The translations under genes and the position numbers were made by a program. The notes beneath the pieces are model-generated. The model was not told the DNA's origin, did not search any database, and saw only the letters and a list, made by a program, of their open reading frames with translations. 64,000 nucleotides of DNA. Origin: an uncultured Candidatus Saccharibacteria bacterium. GTDB taxonomy: Bacteria; Patescibacteriota; Doudnabacteria; UBA920. Below, one piece after another: positions 27,753 to 38,431 of this stretch (its first letter is position 1; every line of letters starts with the position of its first letter). The stretch covers positions 68,493-132,492 of the forward strand of contig CAYYQK010000004.1 of NCBI GenBank assembly GCA_964473815.1, given 5' to 3'.

Positions 27753-28916
27753 CTAGAAATTATCTTTTATGGAATCCCAAAAAGTTTTATTTACCTCGAC
27801 GGTTTCACCTTTTATGTCTGCGAGCTCTTTCAAAAGTTCGGCTTCTTTCTTGGTGAGCTTGTTTGGGATAACCACGCGCGCAGTGATTAATAAATCTCCA
27901 CGCCGTCCCCCGCGGCCGGCGCCCACTTCTGGAACGCCTTTACCGCCAACCTTAAAAACTTTTCCCGGCTGAGTACCGGCAGGAATTTTTAATTCAATGT
28001 CGCCATCCAAGGTTGCGACTTTAACTTTTGTTCCCAGCGCAGCCTGCGTAAAGCTCACCGGAATTTCTTTTAACAAAGTTTGCCCATCCCGCACGAATTC
28101 TTTTGACGGGCGAACTCGAATCAATAAATATAAATCACCAGGGTCGGAATTACGATACCCCAATTCTCCTTCGCCATTAATGCGAATGCGTTGGTTACTA
28201 TCTATGCCGGCAGGAATTGAAACTTCCAAAGTTTTTTCCTGACGCAGAATGCCCTCGCCCTTACAAGTTTTACAAGGAACTTCCGGAACTTTGCCATCAC
28301 CGCCGCAGCGATCACAAGTTTTACTAGAAGCAACTGCGCCAAAAATTGTATTACGCTGAGTCCGGATTTGCCCTTGTCCATGACAAACTGGACACGTATC
28401 AATTTTAGTGCCTGGTTCGCCACCACTACCATTACAAGTTTTACACTTATCTTTTTTCTCAAGTGTGATGGTTTTCTTCACGCCAAAAACAGCCTCTTCA
28501 AATTCAATTGTGAGAGGCATTTCTAAATCGATACCACGGCGGTTAGCTTGGCGCGAATCCCGCGAGCCAAACAAATCACCAAAGATATCCCCAAGATCAA
28601 ATTCAACACCACCCTGGCCAAAGCCACCAAAGCCGCCGCCAAAAGGGTTGCCGCCAGCACCGCCAAAACCACCAAAACCAGGACCACCGCCCTGGCGTTG
28701 TGCTTGCTCAAAAGTTTGGCCGTATTGGTCGTACTGACCGCGCTTTTCAGCATCTGATAAGACCTGATAAGCTTCGTTTACTTCCTTGAATTTAGCGTCA
28801 TTTCCCTCGCCTTTATCGGGATGGTACTTATGAGCCAATTTACGGTAAGCTTTTTTGATGTCATCTGCAGAAGCCGATTTTTCGACTCCTAAAATTTTAT
28901 AATAATCGTCTGCCAT
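27753..28916 (-). CDS. dnaJ: Chaperone DnaJ
   Basis: J domain HPD, G/F region, four CxxCxGxG repeats. Confidence 0.98.
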   Translation of the reverse strand: MADDYYKILGVEKSASADDIKKAYRKLAHKYHPDKGEGNDAKFKEVNEAYQVLSDAEKRGQYDQYGQTFEQAQRQGGGPGFGGFGGAGGNPFGGGFGGFGQGGVEFDLGDIFGDLFGSRDSRQANRRGIDLEMPLTIEFEEAVFGVKKTITLEKKDKCKTCNGSGGEPGTKIDTCPVCHGQGQIRTQRNTIFGAVASSKTCDRCGGDGKVPEVPCKTCKGEGILRQEKTLEVSIPAGIDSNQRIRINGEGELGYRNSDPGDLYLLIRVRPSKEFVRDGQTLLKEIPVSFTQAALGTKVKVATLDGDIELKIPAGTQPGKVFKVGGKGVPEVGAGRGGRRGDLLITARVVIPNKLTKKEAELLKELADIKGETVEVNKTFWDSIKDNF

Positions 28917-29029
28917 TGACTGAAATTTTGAATTTTGAACTTAAGGGTTTATAATTTTAATGGGTCTAATAGTTGAGGGCTCGCAACCAAATTTGGTCAT
29001 TCGGCTAACGCACTATCAGGAGGACACCT

Positions 29030-29053
29030 ATGAAACCACCCAAGCGTCGATAG
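29030..29053 (+). other. SD-led mini-ORF MKPPKRR in the dnaK-dnaJ spacer, antisense to the operon
   Basis: AGGAGG 29018-29023, ATG AAA CCA CCC AAG CGT CGA TAG; TATAAT at 28950; hairpin plus T-tract 29133-29168. Confidence 0.35.
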
Positions 29054-29176
29054 ACGCACGAGTGCCAAAAATTGATACGATCATCAATCAAAGGTAGAAT
29101 TTGTTTTTTCCACTGAACTACCCTCCTCCTACGGCGACCAGCCCCCGACTGGCCGCCCCTCTTTTTTTATAATTTG

Positions 29177-31084
29177 TTATTTAGTTTCGTCTTTACCGTC
29201 TTCGTCTTTAGGAACTTCTGTGTATTCTGCATCTACGGGTTTTTCGTCACCTGGAATTTCTTTTTCTTGTGGATCTACTGTACCAGCATCGCCTGGTTGC
29301 TGGCCGCCTGCTTCGTACATAGCTGCACCAACTTTTTGGATTGCATCTGAGAGTGCTTGCAACTTAGTTTGAATTGCTTCCACATCTTCCTTGTCTTTAA
29401 CTTCTTTCAATTCTGTGATCGCAGTTTCAACTGCGGTTTTATCTTCTGCTTTTACTTTATCGCCGGCATCTTTAAGAGTTTTCTCTGATACAGCAATGAG
29501 TGTGTCAGCTTCGTTGCGCTTGTCTACCAATTCACGACGCTTACGGTCGTCAGAAGCGTGCGCTTCCGCTTCCTGCTTCATGCGTTCAACATCTTCTTTT
29601 GAAAGAGAAGATGAACCCTGAATAGTAATGTGCGCATCTTTGCCTGAAGCTTTGTCCTTGGCAGTAACTTTTAGAATACCGTTGGCGTCAATGTCGAAAG
29701 TAACTTCCACTTGCGGAACACCACGAGGCGCTGGTGGAATACCGTCCAAGTTAAATGTCCCGAGCGATTTGTTGTCAGCAGCAAATTCGCGTTCCCCTTG
29801 CAAGACATGTACTTGCACAGATGGTTGATTGTCAGCAGCTGTGGAGAAAACCTGCGACTTTGAAGTTGGGATAGTTGTATTGCGGTCGATCAATGGAGTA
29901 CGAACACCACCCAAAGTTTCAATACCGAGAGTAAGAGGAGTTACATCGAGCAACAAAATTTCTTTGCCTTGTACTTCCCCGCCGAGTACGCCGGCTTGTA
30001 CAGCTGCGCCCTTAGCTACTGCTTCCATTGGATCGACACCGCGTTCCACTTGCTTGCCAATGTAGTCTTCTACGAATTTTTGAACAGCAGGCATGCGGGT
30101 TGGACCACCGATCAAAATAATTTTATCGATAGCTTGTGGAGTTAAGCCAGCGTCTTTAATTGCTTGTTCAACAGGAGCGCGCATCTTAGAAATAATTGGT
30201 TTTACCAAATCTTCTAATTTTGCACGAGTAATCTTCATTTCTAAGTTTTGAGAACCAGATTCATTTTGTGCAATAAAAGGCAGAATAATATCAGTTTCCA
30301 AAGTTGTGGAAAGTTCAATCTTCGCTTTTTCAGCTGCTTCGCGGACACGATTCATAGCCATTTTGTCTGCGGTCACATCAATTCCAGATTGATTTTTAAA
30401 TTCACCGGTAATGTAATCAATCAAAGCAGCGTCCATGTCTTTACCACCGAGAGCAGTATCACCAGACGTAGACTTTACTTCAAAAGTAGCCTGAGTCTTA
30501 CCGTCTTCTTCCATTTCGGAAAATTCCATGATAGTCACATCCAAAGTTCCGCCACCAAGGTCGAACACTAAAATCTTTTGGTCAGCCTGGCCAGTTTTGT
30601 CGATACCATACGCAAACGCAGCCGCGGTTGGTTCGTTAATTACACGAACGACCTCAAGACCTGCGATTTCACCGGCTTGCTTAGTTGCCTGACGTTGAGC
30701 GTCGTCGAAATAGGCCGGTACAGTAATAACGGCTTTCTCTACTTTATCGCCCAGGTAGGCTTCTGCGTCACGCTTAATTTTTTGCAAAATGAACGCGCTG
30801 ATTTGTTCAGGACTGTATTCCTTACCAGCAATGTTGTATCGAAAATTCGTACCCATTTTGCGCTTGGCTTCGAATACTGTCCCTTCCGGGTTAGTTACGG
30901 CCTGACGGCGTGCTGGTTCACCAACAAGGAGTTGGCCATCTTTTGTGAATGCAACGTACGATGGGAAGGCTTTACCGCCTATGCTATTCCCTTCTGCTGC
31001 AGGGATGATCACTGGCTTGCCGCCTTCAATTGCAGCTGCAGCCGAGTTGCTAGTCCCTAAGTCTATTCCTATAATTTTTGGCAT
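29177..31084 (-). CDS. dnaK: Chaperone DnaK
   Basis: [39 protein letters not shown]. Confidence 0.99.
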   Translation of the reverse strand: MPKIIGIDLGTSNSAAAAIEGGKPVIIPAAEGNSIGGKAFPSYVAFTKDGQLLVGEPARRQAVTNPEGTVFEAKRKMGTNFRYNIAGKEYSPEQISAFILQKIKRDAEAYLGDKVEKAVITVPAYFDDAQRQATKQAGEIAGLEVVRVINEPTAAAFAYGIDKTGQADQKILVFDLGGGTLDVTIMEFSEMEEDGKTQATFEVKSTSGDTALGGKDMDAALIDYITGEFKNQSGIDVTADKMAMNRVREAAEKAKIELSTTLETDIILPFIAQNESGSQNLEMKITRAKLEDLVKPIISKMRAPVEQAIKDAGLTPQAIDKIILIGGPTRMPAVQKFVEDYIGKQVERGVDPMEAVAKGAAVQAGVLGGEVQGKEILLLDVTPLTLGIETLGGVRTPLIDRNTTIPTSKSQVFSTAADNQPSVQVHVLQGEREFAADNKSLGTFNLDGIPPAPRGVPQVEVTFDIDANGILKVTAKDKASGKDAHITIQGSSSLSKEDVERMKQEAEAHASDDRKRRELVDKRNEADTLIAVSEKTLKDAGDKVKAEDKTAVETAITELKEVKDKEDVEAIQTKLQALSDAIQKVGAAMYEAGGQQPGDAGTVDPQEKEIPGDEKPVDAEYTEVPKDEDGKDETK

Positions 31085-31111
31085 ATGTTTAGTTCTGATT
31101 AATTATCTTGA

Positions 31112-31396
31112 TTATTCTTCTGTTTGGAAACCCATTGGTTTCTGTTGAGTTTGATTCGGTTGTGCTTTTGGTAATTCGGTTTTTAATTCACCATACTGCT
31201 TTTCGTAAGCTTCGATGGCGTTGTTGAGCACCATAGCGAATCGCTTGGCATGTTTCGGCGCGAGTGAATACTGACGCGCGTTGTTGCCGGACATCAGCAG
31301 CATTATGAATTCTTCTTCACCGGCATTTAAATTGATGTTGCTGATTGTAAATACATTTGGCTCCAAATTAATTTGGATTTGTTGTTGTTCTGGCAT
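31112..31396 (-). CDS. Small conserved protein (DUF3467-like)
   Basis: ..LAPKHAKRF..L..I..YE..YGE pattern; inside heat-shock operon. Confidence 0.65.
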   Translation of the reverse strand: MPEQQQIQINLEPNVFTISNINLNAGEEEFIMLLMSGNNARQYSLAPKHAKRFAMVLNNAIEAYEKQYGELKTELPKAQPNQTQQKPMGFQTEE

Positions 31397-31406
31397 TGTT
31401 TTAAAG

Positions 31407-31619
31407 TTATTTTGTTACTAAGACTGCGAGGATGATTAGCAAGACAATTGCTACCGCTCCAAAAATTAATCTTAGCTTGATACCTTTGAGGCCTGCATGT
31501 TTAAATTCGAATGGTAATTTACTTCCTACAAATTTATATGGTGCATATTGATTCCGCTGCCAATCTTCCAAGTCGCCCATATATTCTTTTGCTTCTTTAG
31601 CTTTTTGATCTTTTGCCAT
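31407..31619 (-). CDS. Small hypothetical protein with C-terminal TM
   Basis: ORF closely spaced within the operon. Confidence 0.6.
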   Translation of the reverse strand: MAKDQKAKEAKEYMGDLEDWQRNQYAPYKFVGSKLPFEFKHAGLKGIKLRLIFGAVAIVLLIILAVLVTK

Positions 31620-31621
31620 TT

Positions 31622-31846
31622 TTATCCTTCCCACCCATAAGTTTTTCCGTTGAGTTCACACTCTCCCACCAGTGGATTTGTGGAGACTGACTTACCACCT
31701 TTAGCGAAACAGTCTTGGTATTGCTGACGCATTTCGTCAATTGTTTTCGGTGGATTTGGATTGACATAAGTCATGTAGCCAACAAATATTCCGTATATAC
31801 TTAGTGCGATGGCAATGGTAACTAGAGAAATTCTTAAAAGTCTCAT
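31622..31846 (-). CDS. Small hypothetical membrane-anchored protein
   Basis: N-terminal TM, CxxxGG...C motif. Confidence 0.65.
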   Translation of the reverse strand: MRLLRISLVTIAIALSIYGIFVGYMTYVNPNPPKTIDEMRQQYQDCFAKGGKSVSTNPLVGECELNGKTYGWEG

Positions 31847-31847
31847 A

Positions 31848-32357
31848 TTATTGCTGTTTACTAATTACCACTTGGCTCGGTCGGATGACTTTGCCATTTA
31901 TCTCATATCCTGTAAGTAAAACCTCAGTAATTAGACCATCTTCCTCCCCTACAACCTCACGAATAGCTTCATGAAGATGAGGATCAAATTTTTGTCCCAC
32001 ATCAGCTTGCACCGGTTTTATACCCATCTCTCCTAAAGTTTGTCCCAATTGATTCATTGTATGTTGGATTCCTTTTAACCAATTTGGATCAACGTCTTGT
32101 GGAACATGTTTAAGACCTTGCAATAAAGTATCTAGCGTTGGTAATAGTTTTACAATCGTTACTTCTTTTGCAAAATCGAGAATGTCTTTCTGCTTTTCTT
32201 CTTCGCGCTTCTGATAGTTTGCAAAGTCAGCTTGCGCACGCTGCCATCCGGCTAAGTTCGTCGCGGCTTCTTCCTGTGCTTCCGCAAGTTGGCGTTCGAG
32301 ATCACTCGACTGAACATCATCTTGCAATTCTTGTTCGTCTAAATTATTTTCGTCCAT
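31848..32357 (-). CDS. grpE: Nucleotide exchange factor GrpE
   Basis: RAQADFANYQKR, FDPHLHEA, GYEINGKVIRPSQV. Confidence 0.96.
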   Translation of the reverse strand: MDENNLDEQELQDDVQSSDLERQLAEAQEEAATNLAGWQRAQADFANYQKREEEKQKDILDFAKEVTIVKLLPTLDTLLQGLKHVPQDVDPNWLKGIQHTMNQLGQTLGEMGIKPVQADVGQKFDPHLHEAIREVVGEEDGLITEVLLTGYEINGKVIRPSQVVISKQQ

Positions 32358-33104
32358 CTATTTCAAAATTAAGAATAAGAGAAATACGGCGGCGCCTCCA
32401 CCAATTAACTTAGTAATGTATTCCATCAACGAAATATTTTTCTGGTACTGCATAGCCTTCGGACCGATCAAACCAATCACACCTTTCTTACCAGATGGCA
32501 ATTGCAATCCAGAAACAATCATGGTGTAGTCAGAATTTTTGGAAAGCGTTAATTCTTTCCCGATAAATGTCGTAGGCTGTTCGTCACGGTAGTTAGTTAG
32601 CATTTCGTCTGCGTATTCATCGATGTTGTCAAAAAACTCTGCGATCTCACGGGCATCTTCGGGAAGCAACGAGTGATTGTCCATTATATTAGACAAACCA
32701 ACTGTAGAAATTTCTTCCGGGAAAACTGCAAAGCTGGCTTGCGCTGTATGCGCGGATAAAACTTTCGCAATGCGGCGACCGATTTCAGCATTTGCTGCTT
32801 GGAGTTTTAGAATCTCAGTGCGTAATGTTTCCTGCTCGCGCATCGAAAGTTTTACCCGGTCCATCAGTTGGTTAACAAAATAGCGGAAACCTTCATCAGT
32901 TGGCACGCGTCCAGCGCTAGTATGCGGCTGACGGATGTAGCCCATCGACTCGAGGGCGGCCATTTCGTTACGGATCGTTGCTGAGCTAAGACCGAAGTCA
33001 AATTTTTCCACTAAGTCCCGACTAGCTACTGGCTGGCCTTCTTCACAGTTTAGTTTTACGATTGCAGCCAAAATTTTGGCTTGTCTTTGCGATAATTCGT
33101 CCAT
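32358..33104 (-). CDS. hrcA: Heat-inducible transcription repressor HrcA (short form)
   Basis: SSATIRNEMAALE, QPHTSAGRVPTDEGFRYFV, GVIGLIGPKAMQY; CIRCE upstream. Confidence 0.93.
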   Translation of the reverse strand: MDELSQRQAKILAAIVKLNCEEGQPVASRDLVEKFDFGLSSATIRNEMAALESMGYIRQPHTSAGRVPTDEGFRYFVNQLMDRVKLSMREQETLRTEILKLQAANAEIGRRIAKVLSAHTAQASFAVFPEEISTVGLSNIMDNHSLLPEDAREIAEFFDNIDEYADEMLTNYRDEQPTTFIGKELTLSKNSDYTMIVSGLQLPSGKKGVIGLIGPKAMQYQKNISLMEYITKLIGGGAAVFLLFLILK

Positions 33105-33157
33105 TTGTAAGAAGCGAATTTAATAATTTTTGACACTAAAATCAGTATAAAACTGAA

Positions 33158-33184
33158 TTAGCACTCTGTCAAGTAGAGTGCTAA
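33158..33184. promoter_or_regulatory. CIRCE operator overlapping the -35 of the hrcA promoter
   Basis: Exact TTAGCACTC-N9-GAGTGCTAA; minus strand TTGACA-17-TATACT overlaps it. Confidence 0.97.
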
Positions 33185-33223
33185 CTTTCCTGCTAATTTT
33201 GCCAGGCGTGCTAAAATGATTCT

Positions 33224-34291
33224 ATGACTAAATCGAGGCAGCTATGGCGCTGGGCTCTAATTATCCTGCTAATGGTACTAATTTTGGCAGGTGGTGGAGT
33301 CTGGTACGCTAAAGCTGGCAACAAATCTGTCCCGGTTATTTCCCAAGCACTGGATCGCCTCTCGGATAACAAAGACGAACCTGCGCAACCGCAGCAGCAA
33401 ATAGAATTTAAAAACTATGGCCCGGCGCCAGAGTTTCCCAAAAACACCAAGTGGCTTTCGGGCGATGCCCAAAGTATGGCCAGCCTGAAAGGCAAAGTTG
33501 TAATGGTGAGTTTTTGGACTTACGCGTCTATGAATAGTTCGAGCACTAATCCGACTTTGAACAATTGGCAAAATAAATACCGTGACAACGGTTTACAAAT
33601 TATTGGTGTGCATACGCCGCAGTACGCGTTTGAAAAAATTAGTGACAACGTAACTAATGCTATCAAAACTCAGGGCATTAATTTTCCAGTTGTCCAAGAC
33701 AACGACTACAAAATTTGGTCAGCGTATCATAATCAGTTTTGGCCAGCGATTTACTTAGTAGATCCGAACGGGAATATTGTTTATACTCATTACGGTGAAA
33801 GTGATTATGACACAATTGAAAAAGCCACTCGTAAAGTGTTAGGGTTGGATGGAAATTACACTCCCCCACCAGCAGCAGCACAGGACCAATCGCACACTCC
33901 GCAAATATATTTAGGTCTCGCCAAGTTAACACAATTTGGCAACAGTGAAAAAGCTGCGACCACTGAACAAATTTTTTCTTATCCCAAAAAACTTGGTGAC
34001 AGTAAATTTGCCCTAGAAGGACAATGGGTATTCAACCAAGAAGCCGCTATCCATACCAATGGCTTTGCCCGCTTAAAATTAAATTTTGATGCCGCCAAAG
34101 TTTTCATGGTAGCCCAATCTGCAGAGCCAACTACAATCAGAGTATATGTAGATGGTGTTTTAGTTAAAGGAGTTGTGGTTTCAGATTCGCAGTTGTATCA
34201 ACTATATGATTCATTGGCAGGAGGCAAACATACTCTTGAATTAGAAATTCCCGATAAAGGTTTTCAGGTTACCACATTTACTTTTAGCTAA
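33224..34291 (+). CDS. DipZ-like redoxin-domain membrane protein lacking CxxC
   Basis: APEF..W..LKGKVV..FWTY, IIGVHTPQYAFE, DNDYKIWSAY.N.FWPA; expected CINC reads SMNS. Confidence 0.85.
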   Translation: MTKSRQLWRWALIILLMVLILAGGGVWYAKAGNKSVPVISQALDRLSDNKDEPAQPQQQIEFKNYGPAPEFPKNTKWLSGDAQSMASLKGKVVMVSFWTYASMNSSSTNPTLNNWQNKYRDNGLQIIGVHTPQYAFEKISDNVTNAIKTQGINFPVVQDNDYKIWSAYHNQFWPAIYLVDPNGNIVYTHYGESDYDTIEKATRKVLGLDGNYTPPPAAAQDQSHTPQIYLGLAKLTQFGNSEKAATTEQIFSYPKKLGDSKFALEGQWVFNQEAAIHTNGFARLKLNFDAAKVFMVAQSAEPTTIRVYVDGVLVKGVVVSDSQLYQLYDSLAGGKHTLELEIPDKGFQVTTFTFS

Positions 34292-34425
34292 GAGGAAAAC
34301 TTTAGTCTATTCATATTTTTTTAAGATCTTACAATTAGACTTTAAATGTAAAAACTCGAGTAGGTATTGCCGTGGCTCGAGTTTTTGTGTGTAATTTTAT
34401 CTTTTCAAAAATCAAGGGGGTTTAA

Positions 34426-35607
34426 ATGACAAAACCAAGAACATGGTATTTAACTGCATCATTCGATACGGCGTTTGCTTATCGCAAGGATGGCAGTATC
34501 TTGGATGAAAGTGTATTTGCTAAACATCATTTACATCGGGCGCAACACTATCACATTGCGCGTGAGGAATTTGGCTTTCAGCAATTTCGTGATGGCATTA
34601 TTTGGTCACAGTTTATAACTGGGTCATGTCAGGCAGATTGGAGCAAGTTTGAACATCATTTGGAAGAACTTGCGAAGCTGAGCTGTCTGAATGGTCAACC
34701 AGAAATCGATTTGGTGTTGTTACACTATGGCATGCCGCATTTGCAAGCTACGGATATGCTCAACGGGCGCTTCGCAGACTTCCTGGAACTAATCGCTTAT
34801 TTAGTTACGACTAAATGGCGGGAATGTTTCAGTAGTTATGTGGTGTCCGTAGAAAACGGCTATGCGACTGCCATGCAAACCGATTTGCAACAATGGCGCT
34901 ATAGCGAAACGGTTGCAGAGAAAAAACTATCCTGGTGGGAATTATTTGAGATGCGCATGAAGGCGGTCATCCGCATGGCAAAAGCTCTCAAGCAATTCGA
35001 TCCGAAAACACCCAGGCTGGCATGTGAGCCGTTTTACAAAAGCGATGTCAGTTTTCGTGACCAGGTTCGGTCTTTGCGCACCATGCTCGGATATCCGGAC
35101 AAGGTTGCTCAAAAATTTTCTCCCAGCCAGGCAACAACTTTTGGAGGTGAACCTGATTTGCTGACCGACATCGGAGTAAATTACTACGGCAATCAGGCGG
35201 ATGATTTTGATAATCCGCAATGGCCACTCTCGAAGTTGTTGCTGCGGGCATGGAAACGATTTCCAAATTACAATCTGCGCATTGCCGAAACCGGTAATTG
35301 CCAGGTTGAAAACCTGGGGATCAGCACTGAACGTTGGCTGGAAATGCTCGATCACGAACTTAACCTGGCTAACAGCCAAGGTGCGAACGTGCAAAACGTT
35401 ACCTGGGCACCGTTTCTTACCATCGAAGACTTTACCGAACCGGGGATACTATCACCGGGATCGTTAATGGATTCGCAAACATTACGCCCAGATCCACAAC
35501 TCGTAAAAGTGGTAAGGCAATACACAGACAAAGCAGCTGCTCTCCTACAACAGGGCAGCTTTTTTTATCTAGAGTTTATTTTAATTCAATTAAATCTGCT
35601 AAATTAG
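34426..35607 (+). CDS. Divergent glycoside hydrolase (GH1/clan A-like TIM barrel)
   Basis: RDGIIW, LLHYGMP, DIGVNYY, IAETG nucleophile-like motif; usual NEP not clear. Confidence 0.55.
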   Translation: MTKPRTWYLTASFDTAFAYRKDGSILDESVFAKHHLHRAQHYHIAREEFGFQQFRDGIIWSQFITGSCQADWSKFEHHLEELAKLSCLNGQPEIDLVLLHYGMPHLQATDMLNGRFADFLELIAYLVTTKWRECFSSYVVSVENGYATAMQTDLQQWRYSETVAEKKLSWWELFEMRMKAVIRMAKALKQFDPKTPRLACEPFYKSDVSFRDQVRSLRTMLGYPDKVAQKFSPSQATTFGGEPDLLTDIGVNYYGNQADDFDNPQWPLSKLLLRAWKRFPNYNLRIAETGNCQVENLGISTERWLEMLDHELNLANSQGANVQNVTWAPFLTIEDFTEPGILSPGSLMDSQTLRPDPQLVKVVRQYTDKAAALLQQGSFFYLEFILIQLNLLN

Positions 35608-36868
35608 CGATTCCGAAAGGTACAATCATTTCTTCCTGGGAAAGCCCACCATGCAAACCGCGTTGCTTATATTCTCGCTTCCCTTCCGGGGCAAACCACA
35701 CCTGATAGTGCGGGAATGGCAAAATTAAAACATTGCCGGCCCGATTCCAAAAGCGTCTGGTGGGATGATATAATCCAAACAATCCCCGCTTCACCGCTTC
35801 TTCCGTTGTTAACACTTCAGCAATATCAGCTAACTCTTCCTGTAAATAATCAATTACTTTATGAATACGGTCAGGACGAATGTAAAGCAACACATCGTTG
35901 GGACTGCCGGTAGGAACAATTAGTTCGCCATCCTGATTGCGTTGCAAGTTATCCCAAACAATTGGAAAGTCATCCAGATAAATAAGATTGTCATGAGTCA
36001 CTGAAATCTGGCCGTGGTCTGCGCTGAGAATTACTGTGATGTCGCGCGCGGCTTCTTTATCAAAATCTTGAAGTAAACCGTTGTACATCAGTTGAGAAAA
36101 AGATTGAATAGCCTGACGATGCTCTAAACTGTTCGGCCCGTACATATGAGCTGGTTTATCAATTTCGTCAGTATAGACATGATAAAAACCCCGCCCTTGT
36201 TCAGATAACAAAGATTGTTTCAGAAGTGCAACCAACTCACGACCGTCATCATAACCAATCATTCTGCTACCGCGCTGCACAGCATCGCGATAGACAGAAG
36301 GTAAATAACCTTTAAACAAAAAAGCGTACGGGGTAATACCGTTCTCACCCAAGATCTCATATAAACTTTCGCGTTCATACAACATTTGCGGAGTGCCGCC
36401 AAGAGTGCTGAGGTGATTTATCTCTTCGAATTTGTTCGATCGGAACTGCATTGGCATAATTACTTTTTGAAATTCTTCGAAGTATGTAAACCACTCAACC
36501 AAACCATGCTCCTGAGGGGTATAGCCTGTATGAATTGTTGTCAGTGCAGCAGGTGTAGTCGACGGGAAAACAGAAGTAATTGGATAGACATCACCTCGCT
36601 TCATGAAGGCATCAAAAAAAGGCGTGCCGGTTCCATGTTCCAGCAAGTGACTAAACCCGAGACCATCAATAATTAATAATATAGTTTGTCGGCGCTCTTT
36701 GCCGTGAAAAAAATCCGTTGGGAAAGTGTGGCGCGCTGTTGGTATGTTGTAGATCGTACGAATTGTGGGTTCAATTTCTGCGATAGAATACCTGCCGTAA
36801 TATGGATATACAAATGGGCCGTGTTTTTTCTCTTCTAAAATTTGATGCAATAAATCATGATGTACCAT
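35576..36868 (-). CDS. Alkaline phosphatase superfamily protein (nucleotide pyrophosphatase/phosphodiesterase-like)
   Basis: IIDGLG, TSVFPSTT, DKPAH.YGP, SADHG, HGGLSQEEM. Confidence 0.88.
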   Translation of the reverse strand: MVHHDLLHQILEEKKHGPFVYPYYGRYSIAEIEPTIRTIYNIPTARHTFPTDFFHGKERRQTILLIIDGLGFSHLLEHGTGTPFFDAFMKRGDVYPITSVFPSTTPAALTTIHTGYTPQEHGLVEWFTYFEEFQKVIMPMQFRSNKFEEINHLSTLGGTPQMLYERESLYEILGENGITPYAFLFKGYLPSVYRDAVQRGSRMIGYDDGRELVALLKQSLLSEQGRGFYHVYTDEIDKPAHMYGPNSLEHRQAIQSFSQLMYNGLLQDFDKEAARDITVILSADHGQISVTHDNLIYLDDFPIVWDNLQRNQDGELIVPTGSPNDVLLYIRPDRIHKVIDYLQEELADIAEVLTTEEAVKRGLFGLYHPTRRFWNRAGNVLILPFPHYQVWFAPEGKREYKQRGLHGGLSQEEMIVPFGIANLADLIELK

Positions 36869-36935
36869 TACGAATCAATGGTACTGCTGATAGATAAATA
36901 TAAAATGAATATGGGGTTTAGCTGTTGTGGAGCCG

Positions 36936-38324
36936 CTATAGCGGGCGTTTTTTGCTCACTTGGAGACCCTTGCTAGCCATCTCGTTAAATAACGCAGCCA
37001 CTGGTTGGAGCTCGCCTTTGTAGTAAAGACCCACGGGATATTCGTCGCGACCCGCCTCACCTATTAACACGTTTTGCCAACCAACTTGATATTCATCACC
37101 ATACCAACCCATTCCACAGATGGGATAACCTTCCTCGCGCAACTGCACCAAAACGTCGTAAGTTTTCTGGCAGATTGCTACAGCCAATTCTGGCACGCCA
37201 TTAATTTCGGTATGCAACATGGGCAGTTGATACCGTTGATAATATAATTTGCTTAACTCATAGAGCTGATAGCGCTCTAGAGGGTCGAGTTGCTGGCCAT
37301 TTTCCTCCAAATAAATTACACACCACGGATAATGATCGATCCCTAGAATTGTTTTAGAACTACTCCCCTGTTGCATAAACCATTCGTAGGATTGTTCTGG
37401 TAATCCTTGCTCGATTACAAACTGCTTCATAACTGGATCACGATGGCCAAAAATTAAATCCAGCAAAGCAAAACGGCGCAAATTAAATCGGAAGCTTTCT
37501 GCTTCACGCTGTGAGCCCGGCGTAGCGATTGCTGCTTCGAAACTTTCGTTTTGGACAAAAAGTAATTCTTGAGTTCGATTTTCTTCTTTCCAAACTTGCT
37601 CAATTTTTTGACGGGCTAAAATTGCGGCTTTGGCAATGTTGGTCGCAGCTCTCACAAAACTTTCATCATCACGCCAGTCAGAAGCTGTTTTAGTTTCATT
37701 CCACAAACCCATTTTCGCAGAGATGTTTGCGGTTACATAGGGTTCGTTGATGATGGTGTAAAAAGTAATTTCTGGAAAACGCTTTGCGAATGCTGCCGCG
37801 TACTGTGAAAATGCATCAGGAAAAAACTGATTTTGAAAATAAGGCTCATCACTATTTTGTTCATGGATCCAATCCGGCAAACCAAAATGGAGAAGATCGG
37901 CAATGATTGTGATTCCTAATTGGTTGCATTTGTGCAGAACTTTATCAAAAAATTCAAAATCATATTGGTTGTGTGCCAAGTACGCAGTAGAATACGGAAT
38001 TCCAAAACGCAGCCATTTAATTCCAAGCGCAGCGATGCGCTCTAAGCGCCGCTCGTAATTTGTGTAAAAGTCGTGCGCTTCTTTTAATTGATTACGTCTA
38101 ACACCGTCAGCAACTGGATCACTACTTTCAATGCCGGTATGGAAAATTCCGTCTTCGGGAAGTAACTTCATGATGCGAACGGTTTCTGGTGTCCATGACA
38201 TTTTCACGCCGCGGTCCAGTAAGTCAGAGATGGCTCCTAACTTTGGTAATTTTATTTCTATAGAAAAAACTTGCGGCAACTTATCTTTTAACTGGCGCAG
38301 CGGGTACAAATAATCTTTAATCAT
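36936..38324 (-). CDS. Family 1 glycoside hydrolase-like protein
   Basis: TGIE, HDFY, WLRFGIP, DLLHFGLPDW, INEP, GIDHY, HTEING. Confidence 0.8.
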   Translation of the reverse strand: MIKDYLYPLRQLKDKLPQVFSIEIKLPKLGAISDLLDRGVKMSWTPETVRIMKLLPEDGIFHTGIESSDPVADGVRRNQLKEAHDFYTNYERRLERIAALGIKWLRFGIPYSTAYLAHNQYDFEFFDKVLHKCNQLGITIIADLLHFGLPDWIHEQNSDEPYFQNQFFPDAFSQYAAAFAKRFPEITFYTIINEPYVTANISAKMGLWNETKTASDWRDDESFVRAATNIAKAAILARQKIEQVWKEENRTQELLFVQNESFEAAIATPGSQREAESFRFNLRRFALLDLIFGHRDPVMKQFVIEQGLPEQSYEWFMQQGSSSKTILGIDHYPWCVIYLEENGQQLDPLERYQLYELSKLYYQRYQLPMLHTEINGVPELAVAICQKTYDVLVQLREEGYPICGMGWYGDEYQVGWQNVLIGEAGRDEYPVGLYYKGELQPVAALFNEMASKGLQVSKKRPL

Positions 38325-38431
38325 TACTTATTCGTAACTTACCCAGATAAATTTAAAATGAAAAAGGATGCATGCTTGTTAGACACACATCCTCGTAGAC
38401 GATCAACTGTTCGGACAGAAGATCGTTAAGT

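Noticed and set aside
29030-29116. Stop-codon reassignment suggested by the in-frame TAG after MKPPKRR
   Set aside because: TAG, TGA and TAA all terminate conserved genes in this window (hisS and hrcA TAG, methyltransferase TGA), so the code is standard
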